Under the pieces are notes generated by a model. That model did not search any database and was not told the DNA's origin. It worked only from the letters and a program-made list of their open reading frames with translations. 32,000 nt of DNA, from positions 780,001-812,000 of the forward strand of contig NC_014537.1 of assembly GCF_000148385.1 (NCBI RefSeq), given 5' to 3'. Shown here piece after piece: positions 8,862 through 16,696 of this stretch. This stretch comes from Vulcanisaeta distributa DSM 14429 (GTDB lineage: Archaea; Thermoproteota; Thermoprotei; Thermoproteales; Thermocladiaceae). The position numbers and the translations under genes were made by a program. Numbering within the stretch: the stretch's first letter is position 1; each line of letters begins with the position of its first letter.

Positions 8862-10030
8862 TGAGTGAGGGTCGTGGACTAATCTCATTAACCGCGGATG
8901 CCGTGGTGGTTGGCGCAGGTATTGTTGGGTTAGCCGTAGCCTACTACCTGGCGCGTAGGGGATTCTCCGTGGTTGTCCTTGAGAAGGATTACGTTGGTTC
9001 CGGAAGTTCAACAAGGAACGCGGGTAGGTATAGGGTTCACTTTGGAAACAAGGAGAATACAGAGTTTGCGATTAGAGCCATTAGGAAGTTGGAATCCCTC
9101 AGTGGCGAACTTGGTTGGAATGGGATATTCGAAAGGCAGGGCTATCTCTGGCTCGTTAGGCGTAAGGAGGTTCTTGAGAATTACGAAAGGCTCAATGAGG
9201 AGTTGTGGAGACCCATGGGTGTGCCCGTTCAAATACTCACGGTTGAGGAATTAAAGGATAGGTTCCCATACATTAATACTCAGGGCTTAATAGGCGCGGT
9301 TTATGGACCCCAGGATGGAGCCTTCCACCACGATTACCTAGTGATGGGTTATTACGAGAGGGCGCTCGACCTTGGGGTTAGGGTTTACGAGTATTCCGAG
9401 GTCAAGAGCATCAGCGTAGAGAATGGTAGGGTCACCAGCGTATCGAGTAGTGATGTCTTTGTGAGGACGAAGAACGTTGTATTCGCGGCCGGCGCGTGGA
9501 CAGGCGATGTCATGAAGAGAACCCTTAATATTGATGTACCGATCAAGCCCGTCAGGAGGGAGATTGGGATTACAGAGCCCGTGAAACCAATAATTAACAC
9601 CTACATAATAGATACTGAGACGAACCTATACCTTGGTCAAACAATGAGGGGCGAGATCCTGGGAAGCATAGAGCTTGAGGGCGGTGAAGGCTTTCTACCT
9701 TATGGAAATACGCTCACCTGGTTAACTGCGTGGGCTAGGGAAGCCGTGAGGTTAGTGCCAAGTCTCAGGAGAATAAGGGTTATGAGGGTGTGGTCTGGTT
9801 ATTATGAGATGACGCCAGACCATAGCCATGTAATGGGTAGGTTGAGTACATGGCCTGAGGGTGTTTACGTACTATCGGGCTTCTCGGGTCATGGTTTCAT
9901 GTTTGGCCCCTACGCCGCCGAGTTACTGGCTAATTACATAGCTAATGGTGTTATTGATCCAATAATGAAGCCGTTTTTACCTGATAGATTCGTTACGGGA
10001 AACTTAATTAAGGAGTTACTAGTTATCTAA
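8858..10030 (+). CDS. FAD-dependent oxidoreductase, beta-like subunit (DAO family; HcnC / OoxB / sarcosine-oxidase-beta / proline-dehydrogenase-beta like)
   Basis: N-terminal DAVVVGAGIVGLAVAYYLARRG and C-terminal SGFSGHGFMFGP, typical of the DAO family. GTG 8858 or ATG 8861 overlaps the upstream stop (GTGATGA), implying translational coupling. Confidence 0.85.
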   Translation: MMSEGRGLISLTADAVVVGAGIVGLAVAYYLARRGFSVVVLEKDYVGSGSSTRNAGRYRVHFGNKENTEFAIRAIRKLESLSGELGWNGIFERQGYLWLVRRKEVLENYERLNEELWRPMGVPVQILTVEELKDRFPYINTQGLIGAVYGPQDGAFHHDYLVMGYYERALDLGVRVYEYSEVKSISVENGRVTSVSSSDVFVRTKNVVFAAGAWTGDVMKRTLNIDVPIKPVRREIGITEPVKPIINTYIIDTETNLYLGQTMRGEILGSIELEGGEGFLPYGNTLTWLTAWAREAVRLVPSLRRIRVMRVWSGYYEMTPDHSHVMGRLSTWPEGVYVLSGFSGHGFMFGPYAAELLANYIANGVIDPIMKPFLPDRFVTGNLIKELLVI

Positions 10031-10123
10031 GATCCAGACGTACCTTACCACGTCATTCTACATTTTATTTCCGTATTTATTCATGTGTGATTTATGGAGT
10101 ATCATTTAATTAATGTGTTTAGG

Positions 10124-10152
10124 TAATTATTAATCGTAGCTAATTATTAATC
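10124..10152 (+). promoter_or_regulatory. Tandem 12-bp direct repeat TAATTATTAATC x2 (5-bp spacer) abutting the hsp20 start codon; the first copy probably acts as the TATA box
   Basis: Exact copies at 10124-10135 and 10141-10152, with the ATG at 10153. A related TAATTATTAG (10671-10680) sits between the TATA and the start of the next gene. Confidence 0.5.
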
Positions 10153-10584
10153 ATGACGATGGAGCAAAACACCACGGATATAGCAATGAGCGTGAATAAG
10201 GTGGAGGCTGGAGTAAATGAATTAATAAGTAAGTTGGCCACGGTTGTTGATCCAAGGCTAGTGACTAGGGAGCCTCCCGTGGATATCTTCGATAATGGAG
10301 ACTCAATAGTAATACTGGCTGACTTGCCTGGTGTTAAAAAGGAGAGTATTAAGGTTAGGGTTGGTAGTAACTACGTGGAGATAATGGCTGAGCCACAGTC
10401 ACTGCCAACAATTGGTAAGGTGGCCAGGGTGGAGAGATTGAGCAATTTCAGGATTTACAGGAAGGTGGAGCTTGGGGTTAGATTTAAGGTCGATGGTGCC
10501 AAGGCAATATATAGGGATGGTGTGCTGCAAATAATTATACCTAAATTAGGTAGTATAGCTGAGACGGAGGTTTTAATAGAATAG
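10153..10584 (+). CDS. Small heat-shock protein, Hsp20/alpha-crystallin family
   Basis: Alpha-crystallin domain: PVDIFDNGDSIVILADLPGVKKESIKVRV ... YRDGVLQIIIPK. Confidence 0.9.
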   Translation: MTMEQNTTDIAMSVNKVEAGVNELISKLATVVDPRLVTREPPVDIFDNGDSIVILADLPGVKKESIKVRVGSNYVEIMAEPQSLPTIGKVARVERLSNFRIYRKVELGVRFKVDGAKAIYRDGVLQIIIPKLGSIAETEVLIE

Positions 10585-10683
10585 GTATGGGTAATAAATA
10601 GATATTTCATCTCTAAAAATCACGTTATTAATAATTATTGATTTATTAGGATAAGGTATTTATAGGGGTCTAATTATTAGGTC

Positions 10684-11742
10684 GTGATGTCTATAGTGAA
10701 ATTTGAGCCGGAGACCAGGAGGGTTCAGTTAACAGGTGGTGCAACGTTAATCGTATCACTGCCTAAGGAGTGGACTAGGCAGGTGGATCTTAAGCCGGGT
10801 GATGAGGTCCTCGTAATACCGCAGCCAGACCTATCGCTGCTTGTTGTGCCTAAGAAAATGGTTAAGGCGCCACTCCTTGAGTCATCAATAAACGTGACAC
10901 AGGACCTATCAAACATAGACCACCTCGAGAGAGTATTGCTCGCTCATTACTTATCTGGCTATGACGTATTTAGGCTTAATTTCGACCTATCAACCCTAAA
11001 CCTTAAGAAGCAGGTTAAGGACATTGTCCGGAGGAAGTTAACGGGTGTTGAGATTATTGAGGAGGGTAGGAATACGCTTGTTATTCAGAACCTCGTTAAT
11101 GTACCTGACATAAACATTAAGGATATAATAGTGAAGCTTGGTAAGACGGTCGTCGGCATGATTGATGACCTAAGAACACCGATAGAGAATGGCGATAAGG
11201 CAATAGCGTCGGACATCATTGAGAGGGATAATGAGGTTGATAAGTTCTACTGGCTCCTAAATAGGCAGTTGAAGAGGGTTCTCGTTAGTAAGCATGCTCT
11301 AAGCCTATCCGGTATTCAAGACCCAAGGAGTATCATTGAGTACGCAATAATTAATAAGTCGCTGGAGAGGGCGGCTGACCATGCTGTTAAGATCGCCCGT
11401 GAGATTGTGAACCTCGGTGATAAATACATCCTCATAATGCCGCAGGAGCTTAGGCAGAAGTTCAGCGAGCTCCTTAGCAAGGACTCCATGATTATGAATA
11501 ACGTTGGTAAGGCAATGACGGAGAAGATAGACATGAGGGAGGTTAATTACATAATCGATACTGTTAAATACGAGATACGCTCAGCAATTGACTCGTTAGA
11601 TTCGTCATTGATGAATTACAATCTAACCACGCAGGCAGCTGCATCAGCTAGGCTAATACTGGATAGCATCTATAGGATAGCCGAGTATGCATCAGACGTT
11701 GGTGAGGCATTACTGAACCTTGCGATTGAGCAGTTTGGATAA
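10684..11742 (+). CDS. AbrB/SpoVT-domain plus PhoU-domain regulator (archaeal PhoU-like transcription regulator)
   Basis: N-terminal swapped-hairpin motif GGATLIVSLPKEWTRQVDLKPGDEV. Two PhoU-like helical repeats follow (ERDNEVDKFYWLLNRQL, LERAADHAVKIAREI, RIAEYASDVGEAL). GTG 10684 / ATG 10687 lie about 25 nt downstream of the tatttata TATA. Confidence 0.85.
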   Translation: MMSIVKFEPETRRVQLTGGATLIVSLPKEWTRQVDLKPGDEVLVIPQPDLSLLVVPKKMVKAPLLESSINVTQDLSNIDHLERVLLAHYLSGYDVFRLNFDLSTLNLKKQVKDIVRRKLTGVEIIEEGRNTLVIQNLVNVPDINIKDIIVKLGKTVVGMIDDLRTPIENGDKAIASDIIERDNEVDKFYWLLNRQLKRVLVSKHALSLSGIQDPRSIIEYAIINKSLERAADHAVKIAREIVNLGDKYILIMPQELRQKFSELLSKDSMIMNNVGKAMTEKIDMREVNYIIDTVKYEIRSAIDSLDSSLMNYNLTTQAAASARLILDSIYRIAEYASDVGEALLNLAIEQFG

Positions 11743-11753
11743 TAAAAGAGGAA

Positions 11754-12353
11754 TTAAACAGTTCTTTCAAAAACCATGGTTATTATATCCTCAAAGAAAT
11801 AGTGAGTAGCCTTAATAATCGTTAACTTAAAACCGCACATACCCATGTAATGAACCACCTCATCCCAATTAGACAATGATGATTGTGTTAGGATAACGAT
11901 GGAGGCGCCGTCTCGGCATACCCAATGTATTATTTGCACGGTTATTTCAATGCCGTGAGGCCCACCGAAGATCCTCCAATCCTCATGCCAATTACCCGGC
12001 AAGTAAGGAGGATTGCTAACGATAATGTCAACGTGAAACTCAGCCTTAACTGGATCTAGGAGGTTCGCAGTTACGACATCGGCATATTGATAAAGCCCAT
12101 TATCGACTAGGTTCATCCTCGTACTAACCGATGCGTTAATGTCATGGTCAATGGATAAGACCCACGCAGTGCCACCCCTACTCACCACCTCCTCTAATGC
12201 CGCTAATGTTAATATGCCGGTCCCTGAGCCAACGTCGATTATACGTAATGCCTTATTACCGATATAATTACTTACAACCCAACGAAGTAGTTCGGCGGTT
12301 TGCCAGGAGTCCTCAGCAGGTGGATAAATGTTACTTAATACCTTAATCCTCAT
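11754..12353 (-). CDS. Class I SAM-dependent methyltransferase with NPPY motif (HemK/PrmC/Mtq2-like N5-glutamine or N6-adenine type)
   Basis: Motif I IIDVGSGTGILTL and motif IV IVSNPPYLP. The start lies 3 nt after the stop of the upstream wHTH-membrane gene. Confidence 0.75.
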   Translation of the reverse strand: MRIKVLSNIYPPAEDSWQTAELLRWVVSNYIGNKALRIIDVGSGTGILTLAALEEVVSRGGTAWVLSIDHDINASVSTRMNLVDNGLYQYADVVTANLLDPVKAEFHVDIIVSNPPYLPGNWHEDWRIFGGPHGIEITVQIIHWVCRDGASIVILTQSSLSNWDEVVHYMGMCGFKLTIIKATHYFFEDIITMVFERTV

Positions 12354-12356
12354 GAT

Positions 12357-13175
12357 TTACTTAAATAGTACTATGTATATTATTACGGAGGGTATCAGTA
12401 AAAGCAATGTCTCAAAGAGTAGGGAGTACTCCATGGGCTTTCCTGAGCTTATTGAGAGTACCGTGGCGAGTATCACCAGGCTAATGAGTGGTAATAACGC
12501 CTTAAGTAGGGCGTCAATTATTGAGAGTGGGTAGGGCGGTAGCCAAGGTGTTAATAGTGCCATTATTGTTGGGTATAACGATAATGGTATTAATGACGTT
12601 AAAATACCGCTTAATAACTTAATATCCACAATCTCACTACCAAGCAGGTACTTATAAATAAACAATGCAATACCCATGTAGGCTAGTAATGAGATTATCG
12701 TTATCCCTATAGGCATTACATTCATACCCTCCACAAACACCAGTAGTAGTAATTCATAATTCTGAATAAAGGCTGTGATTAAGCCAAGTATTATAATGAC
12801 CATTGAGTAAATAAGCAATGTATTTGGTCCAAGTCTATACATATTTATTGTTAATGGCCTCATTAACAATATATTGGTCAACTCCTCAGTCCTCTTACCC
12901 GAATCCTCAGTTTCCTGGTCAGAACTCACTAACCCCTCGATCTTCTCGATAATCATCCTACCCTTACTCGTTATTTTCACGTACGGACCATCCCTGATGA
13001 CTAGGCCATTGGCCCTTAATATCTCGACATCATAGTAAATGGATGATACCGGGGCATTCAACACCTTTCTTAGGTCTGAGATCCTCATCGTACCCTGGTT
13101 GAGCAATAGCCTTAGTATCTGTATTCTCCTTGGCTTAAGGACTATATTGCTTATATCGTCAATATCCCTACTCAT
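12357..13175 (-). CDS. Membrane-embedded winged-helix (ArsR-like) transcription regulator
   Basis: N-terminal wHTH QILRLLLNQGTMRISDLRKVLNAPVSSIYYDVEILRANGLV, an acidic linker (SSDQETEDSGKRTEE), then about 5 hydrophobic TM segments running to the C-terminus. Confidence 0.65.
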   Translation of the reverse strand: MSRDIDDISNIVLKPRRIQILRLLLNQGTMRISDLRKVLNAPVSSIYYDVEILRANGLVIRDGPYVKITSKGRMIIEKIEGLVSSDQETEDSGKRTEELTNILLMRPLTINMYRLGPNTLLIYSMVIIILGLITAFIQNYELLLLVFVEGMNVMPIGITIISLLAYMGIALFIYKYLLGSEIVDIKLLSGILTSLIPLSLYPTIMALLTPWLPPYPLSIIDALLKALLPLISLVILATVLSISSGKPMEYSLLFETLLLLIPSVIIYIVLFK

Positions 13176-13197
13176 TACAGCAATACTTATAGAGTAA

Positions 13198-13206
13198 GTA
13201 TAAAAG
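13198..13206. promoter_or_regulatory. Single TATA element (GTATAAAAG) placed symmetrically between two divergent leaderless genes
   Basis: Centre at about 13202. That is 27 nt from ATG 13175 (minus gene) and 28 nt from GTG 13230 (plus gene). The whole spacer is only 54 bp. Confidence 0.5.
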
Positions 13207-13229
13207 AGTTCTTTTCTTGGGAATATTCT

Positions 13230-14135
13230 GTGGCTAGTTTTGATGATTTGAAGGTTTCATTGAGCACGTACATAATGAGGAACAAACGAGTTACTTACCA
13301 GGATTTATTGAAGTGGTCGTCAAGTAATAAGGTCGGTAATACCCTACTGTACTTACTAATTAGGGAGGTGGTTCGTGAGAAGCGGTTTAAGGTATCTGGA
13401 GAGTATGTTATTGGTAGTATTAGGGTGGGTAATGGCGAGGTTAAGCTGTCAATACCAATGTACATAGAGGTGCCGGGTGAGGGCGTTAAACCATCAGTAC
13501 AGGCTAAGCGGCAGGTTAGGCAGAGGCGTGTTAGGAGCTCCAGTATTCTGGAAGTATTTGGTGAAGAGAAGAGGGCTGAGGTTAAGCAATCCACGGTAGA
13601 AAGTAGTGAGAGTGAGAGAGGGGAGGTTAAGACCACGGCTTCGGAGGTTAAGCAGGAGGAGCAGCAAAAGGAGGATTTAAGGATAGCTGAGCACAGGGAT
13701 GTTGAGGGTATTCATGGCGGTGATAAAGTTGAGACTGGCATTAAGGAGGAAAAGGAAGAATCAACGGGAATTGGCGCTGAGGGCGTGGTGGTTCCAACTG
13801 ATTACTCCACGGTGGCTATGGAGGATTTCACCGCAATGCTTAGGAGGGCTATTGAGGAGGAGCTGCCGCAGAATAGGGAGGAGGGTTATAAGGTTGCCAT
13901 AGCAATGCTAAGCTATTTACAGAGGTATTGGAGCGTTGGCGAGTTAAGGCTTAAGCTCGATATTGCCAAGCAGTTTGGTGGTGTTAATGAGGGTATTATG
14001 AGGATTGAGGACGGTGTTTTAAGGGCCCTCAGAAAACTTGGTATTGTGGAGGTCGTGGAACCTGGCGTTGTTAATAGGATTAAGGAGTTACCGAGGGATT
14101 TCATCAAGGTCAGGCTTGACTCACTATTTACGTGA
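13230..14135 (+). CDS. Hypothetical protein: N- and C-terminal winged-helix-like domains joined by a long acidic/basic low-complexity linker
   Basis: GTG start at a TATA-appropriate distance. N-terminal TYQDLLKW...LLYLLIREVVREKRF and C-terminal VGELRLKLDIAKQF...VLRALRKLGIVEVVEPG look wH-like. The linker carries four xEVKx repeats (GAGGTTAAG x4) and Glu/Lys runs. No family recognised. Confidence 0.6.
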   Translation: MASFDDLKVSLSTYIMRNKRVTYQDLLKWSSSNKVGNTLLYLLIREVVREKRFKVSGEYVIGSIRVGNGEVKLSIPMYIEVPGEGVKPSVQAKRQVRQRRVRSSSILEVFGEEKRAEVKQSTVESSESERGEVKTTASEVKQEEQQKEDLRIAEHRDVEGIHGGDKVETGIKEEKEESTGIGAEGVVVPTDYSTVAMEDFTAMLRRAIEEELPQNREEGYKVAIAMLSYLQRYWSVGELRLKLDIAKQFGGVNEGIMRIEDGVLRALRKLGIVEVVEPGVVNRIKELPRDFIKVRLDSLFT

Positions 14136-14489
14136 TTAGGCAGCCAACTGCTTAAGTCTCTCGGGTGTTGTGTATACCTCGGTCCTATGGCCCTTCGAGA
14201 CCAGTACCAGCGTACCCTTACTAGCTAATGCCCTCAGTATTTGATAGGCAACGCTTATTTTCGTATTAAACCTGGTGGCTACTAGGTATGGTGTTACGTA
14301 CTCCCACTTGATCACCTCCTTCTCAACATCACTAAGGAGTTTTTGATCAATGAGCGATGCCTTAACGGTTGGTCTCTCCTCAGCAACCGCTCTTTTACCC
14401 TTTGCGGCTGGTTTAGCCTGGGCCTGCTGTTGCTGCTTCTCTTGCCTCTTTGCTAATTGCGATAATGTTGGTTTCTTCTTACCACCCAT
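14136..14489 (-). CDS. rps25e: 30S ribosomal protein S25e (eS25)
   Basis: MGGKKKPTLSQLAKRQEK... Lys-rich N-terminus and C-terminal wH (VTPYLVATRFNTKISVAYQILRALASKGTLVLV). ATG 14489 is preferred because a gtttataaagg TATA lies about 27-30 nt upstream. The track extends the ORF to 14513, into that TATA. Confidence 0.8.
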   Translation of the reverse strand: MGGKKKPTLSQLAKRQEKQQQQAQAKPAAKGKRAVAEERPTVKASLIDQKLLSDVEKEVIKWEYVTPYLVATRFNTKISVAYQILRALASKGTLVLVSKGHRTEVYTTPERLKQLAA

Positions 14490-14612
14490 ATGGATCAATA
14501 GCCTTAATGCCATCCCCCTTTATAAACTATTCCTCGCAGTATAGATGGAACAGGTATTATGCCTATGATTGTGTCGGAAAGGTTTTTTAAGTGCTTTTTT
14601 AAATCATGAATA

Positions 14613-15194
14613 ATGCCAAATCCCACTTATCGTATTGAGAACATTGTTGCCACGGTAAACCTCGGCATCGACCTAGACTTAGATAAACTCGCAGAGAGAC
14701 TTCCAGCGGCTGAGTATAACCCAGAGCAATTCCCTGGCTTAATCCTGAGGTTGCAGAGACCAAAAATCTCCGCCTTAATCTTCAGGACTGGTAAGATGGT
14801 GTGCACGGGCGCTAAGAGCGAGAACGAGCTTAAGAGGGCCGTTAAGGAATTAGTTAGGTTATTAAATGAGCATGGCGCCGATGTACCACTAACGCCCGAA
14901 ATACAGGTGCAGAACATAGTGGCCTCCGGTAACCTACATGCTGAGGTTGACATTGAGAAGTCAGCCCTGATGCTTGAGAACTCGATGTACGAGCCTGAGC
15001 AGTTTCCCGGCCTAATCTATAGGATGGATGACCCAAAGGTCGTCCTCCTGATATTTAGTTCGGGTAAGATAGTCTGCACAGGAGCTAAGAAAGAGCAGCA
15101 GGTCAGGGATGCGGTCTTTAAGATTCATGACATCCTTAAGGACATTGGTGCGTTATACGAGGAGGAGGGAGGTAAGGAGGAAGAGGAGCTTTGA
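14613..15194 (+). CDS. tbp: TATA-box binding protein
   Basis: Two TBP repeats: IENIVATVNLG...YNPEQFPGLILRL...LIFRTGKMVCTGAKSE, and VQNIVASGNL...YEPEQFPGLIYRM...LIFSSGKIVCTGAKKE. Acidic tail EEEGGKEEEEL and a tandem TGA TAA stop. Confidence 0.95.
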   Translation: MPNPTYRIENIVATVNLGIDLDLDKLAERLPAAEYNPEQFPGLILRLQRPKISALIFRTGKMVCTGAKSENELKRAVKELVRLLNEHGADVPLTPEIQVQNIVASGNLHAEVDIEKSALMLENSMYEPEQFPGLIYRMDDPKVVLLIFSSGKIVCTGAKKEQQVRDAVFKIHDILKDIGALYEEEGGKEEEEL

Positions 15195-15199
15195 TAACC

Positions 15200-15907
15200 A
15201 TGTTCCCAGAGGCAGTACCAATAATTGACCAGGAGGTTAGGCACGTGCCAAACCTTGTATTTACCAATAAGTTGGCAATAGAGTTGAGGGATGGCATAAA
15301 CCCAGGGATCATAAGGAGGTTAGGGTCGTTAAGTAAGGAGGTCATTGGCATTACTAGGGTCAATGATGAATTCAACTCTAAGCTCCCAAATTCATTAAGT
15401 AAGTTCAATAAGGTGGTCATAATTTTAGGACCTGAGGTTGGTGAGTCATGGCTTAAGTACGTAATGAGCCTCACGAATACCATAGTCGGGTTCACACTTG
15501 ATTCATTAATGAGGTTTGTAAAGATAAGGCCGGGCCTGCTTAATATACCCAATGAATTATTTATAGATCCGATAGTTAGTGGTAATGATACGGCGGTACA
15601 ACCTAAGGCCCTGCCTAAGGCCGTTATTGATTGGTTAATGGATTACGTGGACTCAGGAGGTGATTTATACGTATTAGCACGTGGTGACTCTATTAATAAT
15701 ATAAATTTACTCATGCACTCACGACTTATTTTTACCTACAACATAAAGCTGGCCGAACTTTATAATAGCATTATTAAGGGCGGTTTTATAAGCGGTACCA
15801 AGATTAGTGTTAAGGCTGGGTGCGACTTCTGCGGTAATTCCCCAAACCCACTATGTTTATTGATATGTCCTAATGTGGACCTGATTAAGGAGATTGAGGT
15901 TGAGTAA
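15200..15907 (+). CDS. Hypothetical protein wedged between tbp and hjc; C-terminal CxxC-x7-C-x3-C cluster
   Basis: The ATG 15200 is 5 nt after the tbp stop, and the gene's own stop is 2 nt before the hjc ATG. Coding-like composition and no recognisable catalytic motif. C-terminus reads KAGCDFCGNSPNPLCLLICPN. Confidence 0.65.
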   Translation: MFPEAVPIIDQEVRHVPNLVFTNKLAIELRDGINPGIIRRLGSLSKEVIGITRVNDEFNSKLPNSLSKFNKVVIILGPEVGESWLKYVMSLTNTIVGFTLDSLMRFVKIRPGLLNIPNELFIDPIVSGNDTAVQPKALPKAVIDWLMDYVDSGGDLYVLARGDSINNINLLMHSRLIFTYNIKLAELYNSIIKGGFISGTKISVKAGCDFCGNSPNPLCLLICPNVDLIKEIEVE

Positions 15908-15909
15908 CC

Positions 15910-16329
15910 ATGAGTCTAGCGAAGAGGAAGGGCTCAGCTCATGAAAGAGCTCTGGCGAATAAGTTATGGGACATGGGACTCGCAGTCCTTAGGGGCTGTT
16001 CATCGGGTGGTGGCGTCAGGAAGAGGTTCGTGCCGGATATCGTGGCTATAGGCCCTGGGTTTGTATTGGTGATTGAGGCTAAGTATAGGTCTGAAAGAAG
16101 TTCCATAAGGATTGAGGGTGAGAAGGTGGAGAAGTTGCTGGAGTTTGCGCGTAGGGCGAGGGGTGATGCCTACATTGCCGTGAAGTTTAAAGGCGATGAG
16201 TGGCGCTTCCTACCAATTACCGATGGGGGTGATGTGGTTGTGAAGCCTGATGATCTTAGTAATGCCTATACGCTTGAGCAATTGATTAATAAGTACATGA
16301 GTAAGTCCTTGACCGAATACTTGAAGTAA
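15910..16329 (+). CDS. hjc: Holliday junction resolvase Hjc
   Basis: Archaeal Hjc signature: KRKGSAHERALANKLW (catalytic Glu), SSGG...PDIVAI (Asp), VIEAKYR (Glu-x-Lys). 139 aa. Confidence 0.9.
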   Translation: MSLAKRKGSAHERALANKLWDMGLAVLRGCSSGGGVRKRFVPDIVAIGPGFVLVIEAKYRSERSSIRIEGEKVEKLLEFARRARGDAYIAVKFKGDEWRFLPITDGGDVVVKPDDLSNAYTLEQLINKYMSKSLTEYLK

Positions 16330-16374
16330 CCTGGACGATTAACCTTAATAATTTCCCCAAGTGCTGGATAGTTA

Positions 16375-16653
16375 ATGTCATCAACGATGCAGCGGGAAAT
16401 AAAGTCATTAGTTGACAAAGTACTCAAAACCTTAGAGACTAAATCCCTGAGGTTCACTAGAGTTAGCGTTAAGGGTTCCGATAAGGGCTTTGAGGTAAGC
16501 ATAAAGATATACCTTGAGCACCCAATGCGGTTCAATAGTATTTATGAGTTGATGAAGGCCGTGACCAGTAAGTATGGCATTGCCATGGACGAAGTATTAA
16601 TATACTCACCACACTCAAGGGCCATTAGGCTATCCTTCATCATTAAGAGGTGA
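16375..16653 (+). CDS. Hypothetical small protein (92 aa)
   Basis: ATG lies about 25 nt downstream of ccttaataatttcc. Alternating beta/alpha pattern and no motif recognised. The antisense ORF 16266..16535 overlaps hjc and is rejected. Confidence 0.5.
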   Translation: MSSTMQREIKSLVDKVLKTLETKSLRFTRVSVKGSDKGFEVSIKIYLEHPMRFNSIYELMKAVTSKYGIAMDEVLIYSPHSRAIRLSFIIKR

Positions 16654-16696
16654 ACTTGCGGTAAAGTTTATTTATTGCGGGACTACCTAGGAGTTA

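Noticed and set aside
13435-13660. GAGGTTAAG repeated four times, considered as a possible DNA tandem repeat or protein-binding array
   Set aside because: Spacing is irregular (141, 46 and 21 nt) and every copy is in frame, encoding E-V-K within a charged low-complexity linker. It is better explained as protein-level repetition.
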